Shown one piece after another: positions 37,147 through 48,621 of a stretch of 64,000 nucleotides of DNA. The stretch lies in NCBI GenBank assembly GCA_038087875.1, contig CM075990.1, forward strand, positions 16,184,001-16,248,000, given 5' to 3'. Within the stretch, counting starts at the first letter, position 1, and every line of letters begins with the position of its first letter. The position numbers and the translations under genes were made by a program. The stretch comes from Malacoraja senta. Lineage: Eukaryota. The notes beneath the pieces are model-generated. The model was given only the letters and a program-made list of their open reading frames with translations. It did not search any database and had not been told where the DNA came from.

Positions 37147-38758
37147 CAGTGGCTTGCAAAAGTTTTCATACCCCTTGAACTTTTCCACATTTTGTCACGT
37201 TACAACCACAAACGTAAATGTATTTTATTGGGATTTTATGTGATAGACCAACACAAAGTGGTGCATAATTGTGAAATGGAAGGAAAATGATACATGGTTT
37301 TCAAATTTTTTTACAAATAAAAAACTGAAAAGTGTGGCATGCAAAAGTATTCAGCCCCCCTGAGTCAATACTTTGTAGAACCACCTTTTTCTGCAATTAC
37401 AGCTGCAAGTCTTTTGGGGTATGTCTCTACCAGCTTTGCACATCTAGAGACTGAAATTTTTGCCCATTCTTTGCAAAATAGCTCAAGCTCAGTCAGATTG
37501 GATGGAGAGCGTCTGTGAACAGCAATTTTCAAGTCTTGCCAGAGATTCTCAATTGGATTTAGGTCTGGACTTTGACTGGGCCATTCTAACACATGAATAT
37601 GCTTTGATCTAAACCATTCCATTGTAGCTCTGGCTGTATGTTTAGGGTCGTTGTCCTGCTGGAAGGTGAACCTCCGCCCCAGTCTCAAGTCTTTTGCAGA
37701 CTCTAACATGTTTTCTTCCAAGATTGCCCTGTATTTGGCTCCATCCATCTTCCCATCAACTCTGACCAGCTTCCCTGTCCCTGCTGAAGAAAAGCATCCC
37801 CACAGCATGATGCTGCCACCACCATGTTTCACAGTGGGGATGGTGTGTTCAGGGTGATGTGCAGTGTTAGTTTTCCGCCACACATAGCGTTTTGCATTTA
37901 GGCCAAAAACTTCAATTTTGGTCTCATCTGACCAGAGCACCTTCCTCCACATGTTTGATGTGTCCCCCACATGGCTTGTGGCAAACTGCAAACGGGACTT
38001 CTTATGGCTTTTTTTCAACAATGGCTTTCTTCTTGCCACTCTTCCATAAAGGCACGATTTGTGGAGTGCACGACTAATAGTTGTCCTGTGGACAGATTCT
38101 CCCACCTGAGCTGTGGATCTCTGCAGCTCCTCCAGAGTTACCATGGGCCTCTTGGCTGCTTCTCTGATCAATGCTCTCCTTGCCCAGCCTGTCAGTTTAG
38201 GTGGACGGCCATGTCTTGGTAGGTTTGCAGTTGTGCCATACTCTTTCCATTTTCGGATGATGGATTGAACAGTGCTCCGTGAGATGTTCAAAGCTTGGGA
38301 TATTTTTTTATAACCTAACCCTGCTTTAAACCTCCACAACTTTATCCCTGACCTGTCTGGTGTGTTCCTTGGGCTTCATGATGCTGTTTGTTCACTAATG
38401 TTCTCTAACAAACCTCTGAGGCCTTCACAGAACAGTTGTATTTATACTGAGATTAGATTACACACAAGTGGACTCTATTTACTAATTAGGTGACTTCTGA
38501 AGGCAATTGGTTGCACTGGATTTTATTTAGCGGTATCAGAGTAAAGGGGGCTGAATACTTTTGCACGCCACACTTTTCAGTTTTTTATTTGTAAAAAAAT
38601 TTGAAAACCATGTATCATTTTCCTTCCACTTCACAATTATGCGCCACTTTGTGTTGGTCTAGCACATAAAATCCCAATAAAATACATTTACGTTTGTGGT
38701 TGTAATGTGACAAAATATGGAAAAGTTCAAGGGGTATGAATACTTTTGCAAGCCACTG
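37147..38758 (-). mobile_element. Full-length Tc1 (DD34E) DNA transposon, 1612 bp, IR/DR type
   Basis: TA|CAGTGGCTTGCAAAAG...CTTTTGCAAGCCACTG|TA; about 213-bp TIRs with inner and outer direct repeats; TA target duplication. Confidence 0.97.
37365..38379 (-). pseudogene. Tc1 transposase with one frameshift near codon 17
   Basis: ATG at 38379 gives MKPKEHTRQVRDKVVE, then shifts into the 37365..38339 ORF; GRPPK, WSDETK, QQDNDPKH, SPDLNPIE with 34 residues between D and E. Confidence 0.92.
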
Positions 38759-40443
38759 TATGTCTTGTAATAATATGAAGGGTCACAGAGCAGAGGACTT
38801 TGGATTTGAATCATTAGGCAGAGCTTTAACAGATTGAGGAAATACATTGCTACTGATTTATTATTGTCACGTGCATGAGATACAGTGAAAAAACAATGCT
38901 ATCCAGTGAAATTATACTGTACATGAGTAAAATCAAACTGTACACGTCCAACAGATAGTACAAAGAGAAAAAAATACCAGAGTGCAGAATATAGTGTGAC
39001 ATTGTTATAGCATTTTAATTACAGGGAAAGTGCATATTAAAAAAGTACAAGGGCGCTATTAGATAGGTTGGGAGATCAGGATTCCCCCTTGTTTATAGAG
39101 GACCATTCAGCATCCTGATAACAGCAGGTAAGAAGCTGTTCCTGAATCTGGTGGTATGTGCTTTCAAACTTTTGTATAGACTGATCGACGGGAGAGGAGA
39201 GACGAGGGAATGACTGGGCTGTAAATGGTCCTTGAATGGAATGGAATACGTTATTGTCACATGTGACAAGGCACAGTGAAATTCTGTGCTTGCATATCCA
39301 AGGTATACAAACAGCTGCCACATAAAGGGCACTGACAACGTTACTAAGTACCCCCGCCGGATCCTCCTTTGTTCTCCCCCCACCCCTCCCCTCACCTCCC
39401 CCCCCCACTTGTGGTGGCCCCCCCACACCGAGTCCTCCATTGTTCTTCCCCTCCCCCCTTCACAACGGTTCCACCGCGCCCTCATCAACCGCCGCGCCGC
39501 GGGTCGACCGGAATGGAGGTTGGTACTGGGCTTCCTCATCCATGCCCCAGTATCGGGTACCATTGCCACAAATCTGGTGGCATCGTGTGTTTGTTGTTTC
39601 ACTGAGGATGGGGCATCAGCAAGTACCTCTCCGATTAAGGCATTACTGTTAATGATATCTGTTACCAGATGTTAACAGAACCAGCGACTAGAATTTGGGG
39701 ATCAACTTTTATTACAGAAACTGGGGACTTCTAATCCAATTAATGAAAAAAATCTTGATTAAGTAATATACAAGATTGTGACTGAATTAGATAGGGTGGA
39801 CTGGGTGAAACTGTTCTCTTTAATGGGTAGGTTTAAAACCTGATGGATCACAGCAATACCCATGAAAACAGACCCTCTGGCCCATTGAGCCCTTGACATC
39901 AAACACCCATTTACACTAATTCCTCACTAATCACATTTTCTCATCACATTCCCATCGACTGCTCCCAAATTCTACCACTCGGATATAAAATGGAGGTAAC
40001 CTACAACGGATAATTAACCAAACAACTACAGGTCTTTGGTATGTGAAAGGAAACCAAAATGGTCACACAAAAACATGCTGATTATGCTGCCAAATTTCTC
40101 ACGTTGCCCAGCACATCTCCTTTAAACTTTGCCCCTCTCACCTTAAAGCCATGCCTCCAGTGTTTGTCATTTGCACCTGGGAAAAAGGTTTAGACTGTCT
40201 ACCTCATCTACTCCCCCTGATTTTTTGGCCCCTCCATTAAGGAAAGTAAGTATTTCCTAATTACTCCCTTGAGGTCCCTTATGCCCCAATTAAATACCCG
40301 GTCAGCCCTCTCAGTCCTAGCCCACCCAAACATTTCTCATTGCTACCCGTTTCCCATTTCTGCTGGATCCCTCTATTCCCTGCTCCATGTGAGAGTGTTG
40401 GAGAGAAGTAATTGAGTCACCTGAGCCAAACTTTTAAACGCAG

Positions 40444-40698
40444 GCCAAAGACGAGGATGCCGAGGAACCGAATAACATTGTGGACTACTCGATAATGCAA
40501 GGAGACCCAGCCAATGTCTTTGACATCGACCAAGCCACGGGGGAGATCATGTTGAAGTCCTACATCAGGTCCCTGGAGGTCATTCACAACATCACCAAGA
40601 CCAGGGGCGGCCACTGGTCACTAGTGGTGCAAGCTAAAGACCGAGGCTCGCCTTCCTTCAGCACCACAGCGGTCGTGAGAATCGACATCACGGAGGAG
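40444..40698 (+). CDS. CDHR1: CDHR1 exon, about human exon 16 (last cadherin repeat)
   Basis: 255 nt, cag|GCC...GAG|gtaggt; [17 protein letters not shown]...[23 protein letters not shown]. Confidence 0.95.
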
Positions 40699-41824
40699 GT
40701 AGGTGTGCATTCCTGATGTTGTACATATGATCCATGCAAGAATTCATTGTCACAGAAGGCCGTAGAGGCCAAGTCAATGGCTATTCTTAGGGCAGAGATG
40801 GATAGGTTCTTGATTAGTTGTGGTGTCGGGTTATGGGGAGAAGGCAGGAGAATGGGGTTGATAGATCAGCCATGATTATCATTATATGCATCAATATTCA
40901 GAAGATTCAGAAGATTGAATGGTGGCGTAGACTTAATGGGCCAAATGGCCTAATTCTGCTCCTATCACTTATGAACATGAATAAAATGCTGCAACCTAGC
41001 AGGACTAGAGACGCTGGCGCTGTAAGGCAACAACTCTACCGCTGCATCACCGTGCCTCCCGTGGTGTCGATGACAAGATCTTCTTTATTGGCAGCAGGTC
41101 CACGTGCTGGGTCTCCACACCCACACATTTGACATCTTTAAAAAGTGAAGTGGAAAAGTGAGGCAAAGATCGAGGTAGTTCTATTCTCCCAAACGAACAT
41201 ACAGAGCTTCGAACTGGAAAATTCAGCTCCTTGCGGCTTCACGCAAGCTAGGAGTGTAAATATGTAAAATTCTACCTGGATGTCCTTGAGTTAATCTCCT
41301 CTCCTCTCCCCATCCCAGCCACATGTCGACCCTCCAAACCTACCCACAACTGGCACTACCCTCTAATAGAAATGACCTTCACACTTGGAATTCTCTTACT
41401 TATTGCATTAGCCAAAGTTGCTTTAATGCATATAATGATATTCATTTAGAAAGATATTTTGTCCCCAGCGTAGTTCTTTGTCAATATGAGATGGAAGCTC
41501 TCCTTGAGGATTATTATGTTCTTTCACTTCTCTACCAAACAGTGAAGGGTTTAGGGATCTGCACCGCAGAGTGGTTTGGTGGTACAAGGTATGGTGTGGG
41601 GAAGGGTAATGCTGAGCTAACATGCAGAGAGGATGAGAGCCACAATCTCAGGCTCAATGAGATAAAAAGTCAAATTACCCAAACATTAAAATTGTGAGTG
41701 CATGTATTATATTGTGCCTTTAACTTTAAGCAAGTGTTGCTCAAATGGAGGAATAAATGTACTTATCCAACTGTCGATTGCTAACTGTTTACAAAATGTA
41801 GTTTATGGTTCTATGGTTAATCAA

Positions 41825-41826
<2 letters not shown>

Positions 41827-41878
<52 letters not shown>
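41827..41878. repeat. (TTGA)n microsatellite
   Basis: Direct reading. Confidence 0.95.
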
Positions 41879-41879
<1 letters not shown>

Positions 41880-42058
41880 AGCTGCAGCAGGGAAACCGAT
41901 TGCCTTAAAGAAGAAGGGTCTCGACCCAAAACGTCACCCATTCCTTCTCTCTAGAGATGTTGCCTGGCCGGCTGAGTTACTTCAGCATTTTGTGCCTACC
42001 TTGCCTTAAAGCATAGATCGGTGAAGGATTATTACCATCATAAAACTGATCTCAGAGT

Positions 42059-42370
42059 GGCCACGGTGGCGCAGCGGTAGAGTTGCTGCCTTACAGCGCT
42101 TGCAGCACCGGAGACCCGGGTTCGATCCCGACTAAGGGAGTTTGTACGTTCTCCCTGTGACCGCATGTGTTTTCTCCGACATCTTCGTTTTCCTCCCACC
42201 CTCCAAATAAGTACAGGTTTGTAGGTTAATTGGCTTGGTGTACAGTATGTGTAAATTGTCCCTTGTGTGTGTGTGTAGGATTGTGTTAATGTGCAGGGAT
42301 CGCTGGTCGGTGCGGACTCGGTGGGCCGAAGGGCCTGTTTCCGCGCTGTACCTCTAACCTAAACTAAAAT
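42059..42370 (+). mobile_element. HE1-like tRNA-derived SINE (copies at about 3389-3600, 49440-49722, 56790-57092, 59600-59905(-), 33385-33580(-), 60375-60585)
   Basis: A box TGGCGCAGCGG, B box GGTTCGATCC, V-SINE-like core, CR1-derived tail ending (CTAAA)n. Confidence 0.85.
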
Positions 42371-42384
42371 TTAGGTTAGAAGTA

Positions 42385-43690
42385 CATTACATTACAACCG
42401 ATTACATTAGTACTCGTCACGTATATCTTATTACAATTAATGTACTCCGTCATTTTTTACACTAATAAAGGGAAAGGATAAGATTGAGAGAAAGGAGAAA
42501 GTGAAGGAAAAAAGTGAAAGTGTAAAAAACATGACAACAAAAAAGAACAAAGACCCTATAAGAAAGATTTTTTTTTTTTAAATAATTAAGAAATAGACCC
42601 TAAAAAAGAAGAAAAAAGAGAAAGAGGGAAAAGAGTTGTAAGCATCACGCAAATGGGATATACCAACTCTCCAGCTTTCATCCCCCCTTACCTGACCTCA
42701 GTTTTTTTTTAAGTACTTTTGCACCCTATACTTGTAATAATTCTATAAATGCAGACCACGTCAGGTGGAAGTGATCTGGTTTACCTGCCAGGAGGAGTCT
42801 TATCTCTTCTAGGTGTAATGTTTCGAACATATTTGAAATCCACATGTTTATAGTTGGTATTGGAGCATTTTTCCAGAATTTTAGGATTAACTTTTTTCCA
42901 GTTATTAACCCATAGTCTATTAATTTCTTTTGGAACACATTTAGTTCTGGACTATCTTCCGTTGTTCCGAAGATCATCCATTCTGCTTTGGGTATCAGTT
43001 TTATTTTAAATAATTTTGTAAAGATTTCAAAAATTTCAATCCAAAATTTTCTGAATTTTTGTACAGAAAACAAATGAGTGCGCTATAGTAGCTTCTTGAG
43101 ACTGACATTTATCACAAATGGATGATACATTTGGGAACATTTTATTAATTTTAGTTTTGGAATAATATAATCTATGTAAAATTTTAAATTGTATTAAAGT
43201 GTGTCTTACATTAATCGAACATTTATGCACGTTTAATAAATGTTCATTCCACCTTTCCTTTGAGATTTTAATAGCTAATTCTTGTTCCCAGTCTCTTCTA
43301 ATACCTTCCGTAGATGGTATTTCTACATTTAAGATAATATTATACAAATATGATATTAAGTTTGCTGATTCAGCTTTTATCTGCATTGGTTCATCCAATA
43401 CATCTGTTGGGCTATTATAATGATCTTTTGTATATTTTTTCAAATAGTCACATATTTGAAAATATTTAAAATATTGATTATTTCCCAGTTTATATTTTAT
43501 TTGTAATTGTTGGAATGATAGTAATTTTCCAGTTTCATACAAGTCACCGAACGTTTTAATTCCTAGTCTATCCCATTGTATAAAAGATTTGTCTGTAATA
43601 GAGGGATTAAACGAAGGGTTATTAACTATTGGAGATAAAAGCGATAGATTTCTTAATTTTAAATTTTGTTTTATTTGTTTAAAATAAAAT
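42385..43690 (-). mobile_element. 5'-truncated L1-clade LINE (ORF2 C-terminus)
   Basis: ORFs 43036-43707 and 42726-43073 with QFKILHRLYY and the zinc knuckle CDKC...HSFVFC; one frameshift. Confidence 0.85.
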
Positions 43691-43763
43691 AAAATAAAAG
43701 AGCACAAGTTTGCTCAAGCATTCTGATGAGCGTCACTGAACTCTGATGTTTTAACATTTCCAG

Positions 43764-43961
43764 ATTAAATCAAGGTTAAACTCATATATTTTGGGTCTAA
43801 GGAACCAGCCGTGGAGAATATTTAGGATTTGTGTGAGCACAATCATTCTCATCGTTTCTGTAACAGTGATTATTTCTGCCCTGATGTTCTGGAAAACTGC
43901 GAAAATGTCCCGTGTACACCCAAGCAGCAAGATCCGAAAAATTGTCAAAGGACCAGCATGA
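43764..43961 (+). CDS. CDHR1: CDHR1 candidate alternative transmembrane/short-tail exon (paralogue of the terminal exon)
   Basis: tttccag| acceptor, phase 0 matching the preceding exon, 65 open codons: IKSRLNSYILGLRNQPWRIFRICVSTIILIVSVTVIISALMFWKTAKMSRVHPSSKIRKIVKGPA*; aligns with the start of the terminal exon. Confidence 0.75.
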   Translation: MKSRLNSYILGLRNQPWRIFRICVSTIILIVSVTVIISALMFWKTAKMSRVHPSSKIRKIVKGPA

Positions 43962-44256
43962 AAGGATGTGGCTGATTAGTGACAGAGCTGGGCTCTACTT
44001 CCACTCAAACTCCATCCAATGGACCGGGTGCAGAAAATAGACCCAGTGGGGCATTGTGATGATCTAGGTACTCTACACTGGGTCTATGCCAGTGGAACAG
44101 CAGAAATCCAGTGTCACGTAGCTGAGTAAGTCGCAGTTTTCTGTGTCTCATAGAGTTATGGAGCCACAGAGTCAGAGTCACACAGCACAGAAACCCAACT
44201 CCAATCCAACGTGTCCTTTGGACTAAATCTCTTGTGTTTTTTGTACTCTTTTACAG

Positions 44257-44820
44257 ACTTCTGGCAAAGGGCATTTGGCAGACTTTTTGTTGCAATCTAA
44301 AGATAACCCCATGCAAGTCGTAGGAGTGGTAGCTGGAATCATTGGCTTTTTTGTGGTTCTGACTGTCATGATTTCATCGGTCATGTTCTGGCGGAACAAG
44401 AAGTCCAATAGAATTGGTCCGGTGAGACGAATCATAAAGCGACGGTCCGGCTGGAAGCTGCAAGCACGACGATCGAAGTGGTTCCACAGCAAGAAGTCGA
44501 CCCAAACGCGAGGCAGCTTCATGACTTCAACGGGAGACCAGCACCTGCCGACTGTTAGCAGCCTCAACAGCCGCCCAGCACTTCAACTGGCTTTGCCAAG
44601 AGCACCCATGCTTCCTCCCCCCATATCTACGCACCCAACCAGACTCCATAAGCCCAAACGAGACATCCCATCCGTGTCAGGGACCATCAGTCCCAAAAGA
44701 AGCTGCGTCCCCCAGCAATCAAAGGGCAAGGCATCGAACATCAACAGCGCTCTGGTGTCAGAACTCAAAATGCGTCTGGAGAGAAAAATGAATGAAGATG
44801 CTTCCAGGTTGTACTTGTAG
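44257..44820 (+). CDS. CDHR1: CDHR1 terminal exon (transmembrane plus long cytoplasmic tail)
   Basis: ttttacag|ACT; TSGKGHLADFLLQSKDNPMQVVGVVAG...MFWRNKKSN...SGTISP...ALVSELKMRLE...LYL*; AATAAA at 44944 and 45003. Confidence 0.95.
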   Translation, partial: TSGKGHLADFLLQSKDNPMQVVGVVAGIIGFFVVLTVMISSVMFWRNKKSNRIGPVRRIIKRRSGWKLQARRSKWFHSKKSTQTRGSFMTSTGDQHLPTVSSLNSRPALQLALPRAPMLPPPISTHPTRLHKPKRDIPSVSGTISPKRSCVPQQSKGKASNINSALVSELKMRLERKMNEDASRLYL

Positions 44821-44822
44821 GA

Positions 44823-44917
44823 GGTACACAAAAATGCTGGAGAAACTCAGCGGGTGCAGCAGCATCTATGGAGCGAAGGAAATAGGTAACGTTTCGGGCC
44901 GAAACCCTTCTTCAGAC
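44823..44917 (-). mobile_element. Penelope-like terminal-repeat insertion with hammerhead core (44888-44915) at the CDHR1 stop codon
   Basis: 13-bp TSD TGTACTTGTAGGA at 44810 and 44918. Confidence 0.8.
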
Positions 44918-45354
44918 TGTACTTGTAGGAAGTTTGAATGCACAATAAATTTGAGTATTGATATGATTGAAATGTTTTATTGATGCTTTCTATTTGTGTT
45001 AAAATAAATCATGCTTAACAGGTCACAGGATTCAAAGGCACTGCATCAATCTCAATACATGCATAAAGTACATGATTTTCACTTGAAAATCGCCCATAAT
45101 TGCAGGGCCTTGGAGACCAGAACATACAACATGTGTAGATTCTAGATGAAATAGATATAGTGATGAGCGTCAGAGATGGAGAGGGAAGAGGGCCAGGGAG
45201 TCCAGAGTGATCGGAGAACACAATAGTTTCAGAAGTGGATAGATGTTACTCCAAGCACAACATGGCCACAATGACGTGTATAAAACTTCTCTCAGCTCCC
45301 AAAACATTGATGCTTATTTCCAGTCTTCCTCGTGATTGCAGGCAATAATGTCAA

Positions 45355-45540
45355 CGCTCAGCGGGTGCAGCAGCATCTATGGAGCGAAGGAGATAGGCAA
45401 CGTTTTGGGCCGAATCCAAGGGTTTCGGTCCGAAACGTTGCCTATCTCCTTCGCTCCATAGATGCTGCTGCACCCGCTGAGTTTCTCCAGCATTTTTGTG
45501 TACCTTTGATTTTCCAGCATCTGCAGTTCCATCTCTAACA
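45355..45540. mobile_element. Fold-back copy of the hammerhead-bearing repeat
   Basis: Inverted arms meeting at stem II; 11-bp TSD AATAATGTCAA at 45344 and 45541. Confidence 0.75.
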
Positions 45541-48527
45541 AATAATGTCAAAGCTTATGTGTGACATAACACAATCAAAGGCAAGAAGCCATTTTAGCAA
45601 ACAAAGCCACAAAGTGCTGGAGTAACTCAGCGGGTCAGGTGGCATCTGTGGAGAAAAAGAATAGATCATGTTTTGGGTCGGGACCCGTCTTCAAACTGAT
45701 TTGAGCAACTTATGTTTATATTTGTGATTGCTGACTCTAGGATTTTGTTGGTTTTTATTTTGAACTTCAATTTGGAAATAATACACAATTGGGTTTCAAA
45801 ATTTTTAAAAACGGGATTACCTTTTCCCATCAATTTCGGGATGTGTCAATGTGAACAATTTTGTTGTCATTTTTGCCACATTGGAAACTATGGTGACATA
45901 TCAGATTAGCAAGATTAATTAGCAAGACATTGCATTAAAAAAAAATATGTACATTGTGCAAAAAAATAAGCACATTTGTTACGATTTGCAATTTGAGCAA
46001 ATGGAATATTGATTAGATCATGTTTTGTTATAATATGTTACTTGTGAGACTTGAACCTCCACAAGGTCCTTTTGTGTTATTTTGTTCGAAATGATTAAAG
46101 CTCTTGCCAATAGGACATTGATCACATATTTTGTGTTATGACATGTTGGCAGAGAAGTGTTTTGTGTGCTTATATGAAATTACTTCTGTTTTATAGCAGC
46201 ATTTTAAAGGATTAATGTGATTATTAAAATAGCGAAGGAAGACTTTTGTATAAACTTATTAGATTCTCCCTAAGTTACTGTGGAAAAATCTCACTGCCAT
46301 GTAGATAAATGAGGATGGTCTTCCCAATGAAACATTCAATTGAATCTGCTTGCTATAGGTTGAATGTGTAGGAAACAACTGCAGATGTTGGTTTACAGTA
46401 AAGATACACACAAAATGCTGGAGTAACTCAGCAAGTCATGCAGCATCTCTGGGGAAAAGTAATAGGTGACGTTTTGGAAGTGTCCTGACCCAAAACGTCA
46501 CCTACGTTTTGGGTCAGGACACTTCCAAAACGTCACCTATTACTTTTCCCCAGAGATGCTGCATGACCTGCTGAGTTAGTCCAGCATTTTGTGTTCATCT
46601 CTGTGAAAGGTTGAATATATTTAAGGGTTTCCCCTGGCTTAACTAAAACACTGTCCAAATGAAGGTTGGTGGAAGGATACAGCAAATTATCTTTGATCCT
46701 TTATCCTGGGGACAGTGTGAGGGGGATGAAAGAGGAAAGGAGAGGAGGGAATGTCTGAAGAGTTGGCATGTGGTCTTTCATCAGCATCTAGCATTGTAGG
46801 CAGGTGGCGAAAAAACAGAAAGTAAGTAAGTAAGTAAGTAAGTTTATTGGCCAAGTATTCACATACAAGGAATTTGCCTTGGTGCTCCGCCCACAAGTAA
46901 CAATATGACATACAGTAACAGTTACGAATGACTCAGAAAACACTAAACATTAATAATAATAAAACATTAATGATAAAACACCATTGATCAAGCATGTGAA
47001 CCAACAAAATACCAGATCAAAGGGAGGCTACAGATTTTTGGCTGTTGAGTAGAGCAACTACTCGTGGATAAAAACTGTTTTTATGTCTGGCTGTGGCAGC
47101 TTTAACAGTCCGGAGTCGCCTTCCAGAGGGAAGTGATTCAAAGAGTTTGTGGCCAGGGTGAGAGGGGTCAGAGATGACCCAATAAAAGCGAGCCATGCTG
47201 AAAGAATTAATGTCTTTCACATCTTTTGATGGTGGATTTGCACTTCATCTGTTTTCAATGCACCTCAGGAATACTTCATGGGAATATGTAGAACTCATTA
47301 TACCTCCATCTTCTCTCCAGCCCCAGAAAGCTAAAACAAATTCAGTTTAGTGAATAGCCCTGGTTTATCCAGTTATTAGTATAGATCTTCTAAAAGTACA
47401 ATTTACAATATTTTCTTAGCGTTCAAATATATATTGATTTGTATTTTATATTGCTTTGATAAATAAAAGTTGATGATTCTGATTCAGTACAACTACTGTT
47501 TGTGTTTCATACAGAACTATGTTTATTTCAGCTAAACATTAATTTCATCCGAAAGTGACAAGTGATCATCGAACTTTCACTACTATCTGCTCTCTATAAA
47601 ACTATATGGATTACCTACATACTTGCAAGAAAATGTATCATGTATTCTATTGGTTTGGTTTATTGGTACATTATTATTTTTACGTGTACCGAGATATAGA
47701 GGAAGAACCTTGCCCTGCCTGCTATCCAAGCCAATCATCCCATATATGATTACATCAGGTTACGCAAACAGAGTGCAGAAGTTACAACTATTGGGCTGCA
47801 GCTAGAAATAAGTTATAAATTAAAAAGTGCAAGGGCTGCAAAAAGGTAGATTGGAAGATCAAGAATTCATGCCTTGCATATGAGAGTTCAAGAGTCTGAT
47901 AACAGCAGGAAATAAGTTCTTGAATCTGATGTTGCATGCTTTAATACCCATTTAGATGAACATCCAGCTATACATTTTACATTCTGAATCAGATTTATAC
48001 TTGGTATAAAACTATGATCATTGGGTGCCTATGTTCGTGCTTCTCTGTCCCTTGTGGGGAGGGGGGGAGGGGGGGAGGGGGGGAGGGTGATCTGATACAG
48101 GTGTATAAAATCATGAGGACAAAAGATAGAGTGAAGACACCAGGTCTTTTTCCCACGGTAGCACAATCAAGAACTAGGGGGCATAGGTTAAGGTGAGAGG
48201 TGGAAAGATTTAATAGGAACCTTTTCACACAGAGGGCAGATGTTGTGCGGAAAGAGCTACCAAATGAAGTTAAAGATATTTGGACAGATACATGGATAGA
48301 AAAGGTTAAAAGGGATATAGGCCAAGTGCAGGCAAATGGGATTTCTTTGGATGGGCCATCTTGGTCGGCATGGACGAGATGGACTGAAGGGTCTGTTTCC
48401 ATGTCGTGTTCCATTCTATGGCTCTCTAACATCAGTATTCTTCTGACAAGGGCCATTTTATATCAGGATAGCGGAAAGGTTATGCCATTGTTTCATATTA
48501 ATAAGAACCAGGATGAGACTACTGTAG

Positions 48528-48621
48528 TCTGAAGAAGGGTTTCGGCCCGAAACGTCACCTATTTCCTTCGCTCCATAGATGCTGCGGCACCCGCTGAGTT
48601 TCTCCAGCATTTTTGTGTACC
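48528..48621 (+). mobile_element. Penelope-like terminal-repeat insertion with a minimal hammerhead core (48529-48556)
   Basis: CTGAAGA-A-GGGT TTCG GCCC-GAAAC-GTC; 14-bp TSD TGAGACTACTGTAG at 48514 and 48622. Confidence 0.8.

Noticed and set aside
42059..42135. tRNA gene
   Set aside because: The A and B boxes continue into a SINE body and tail with many dispersed copies.
43959..44087. Selenocysteine or read-through signal (TGA plus downstream hairpin)
   Set aside because: An in-frame TAG follows five codons later and the hairpin lacks SECIS geometry.
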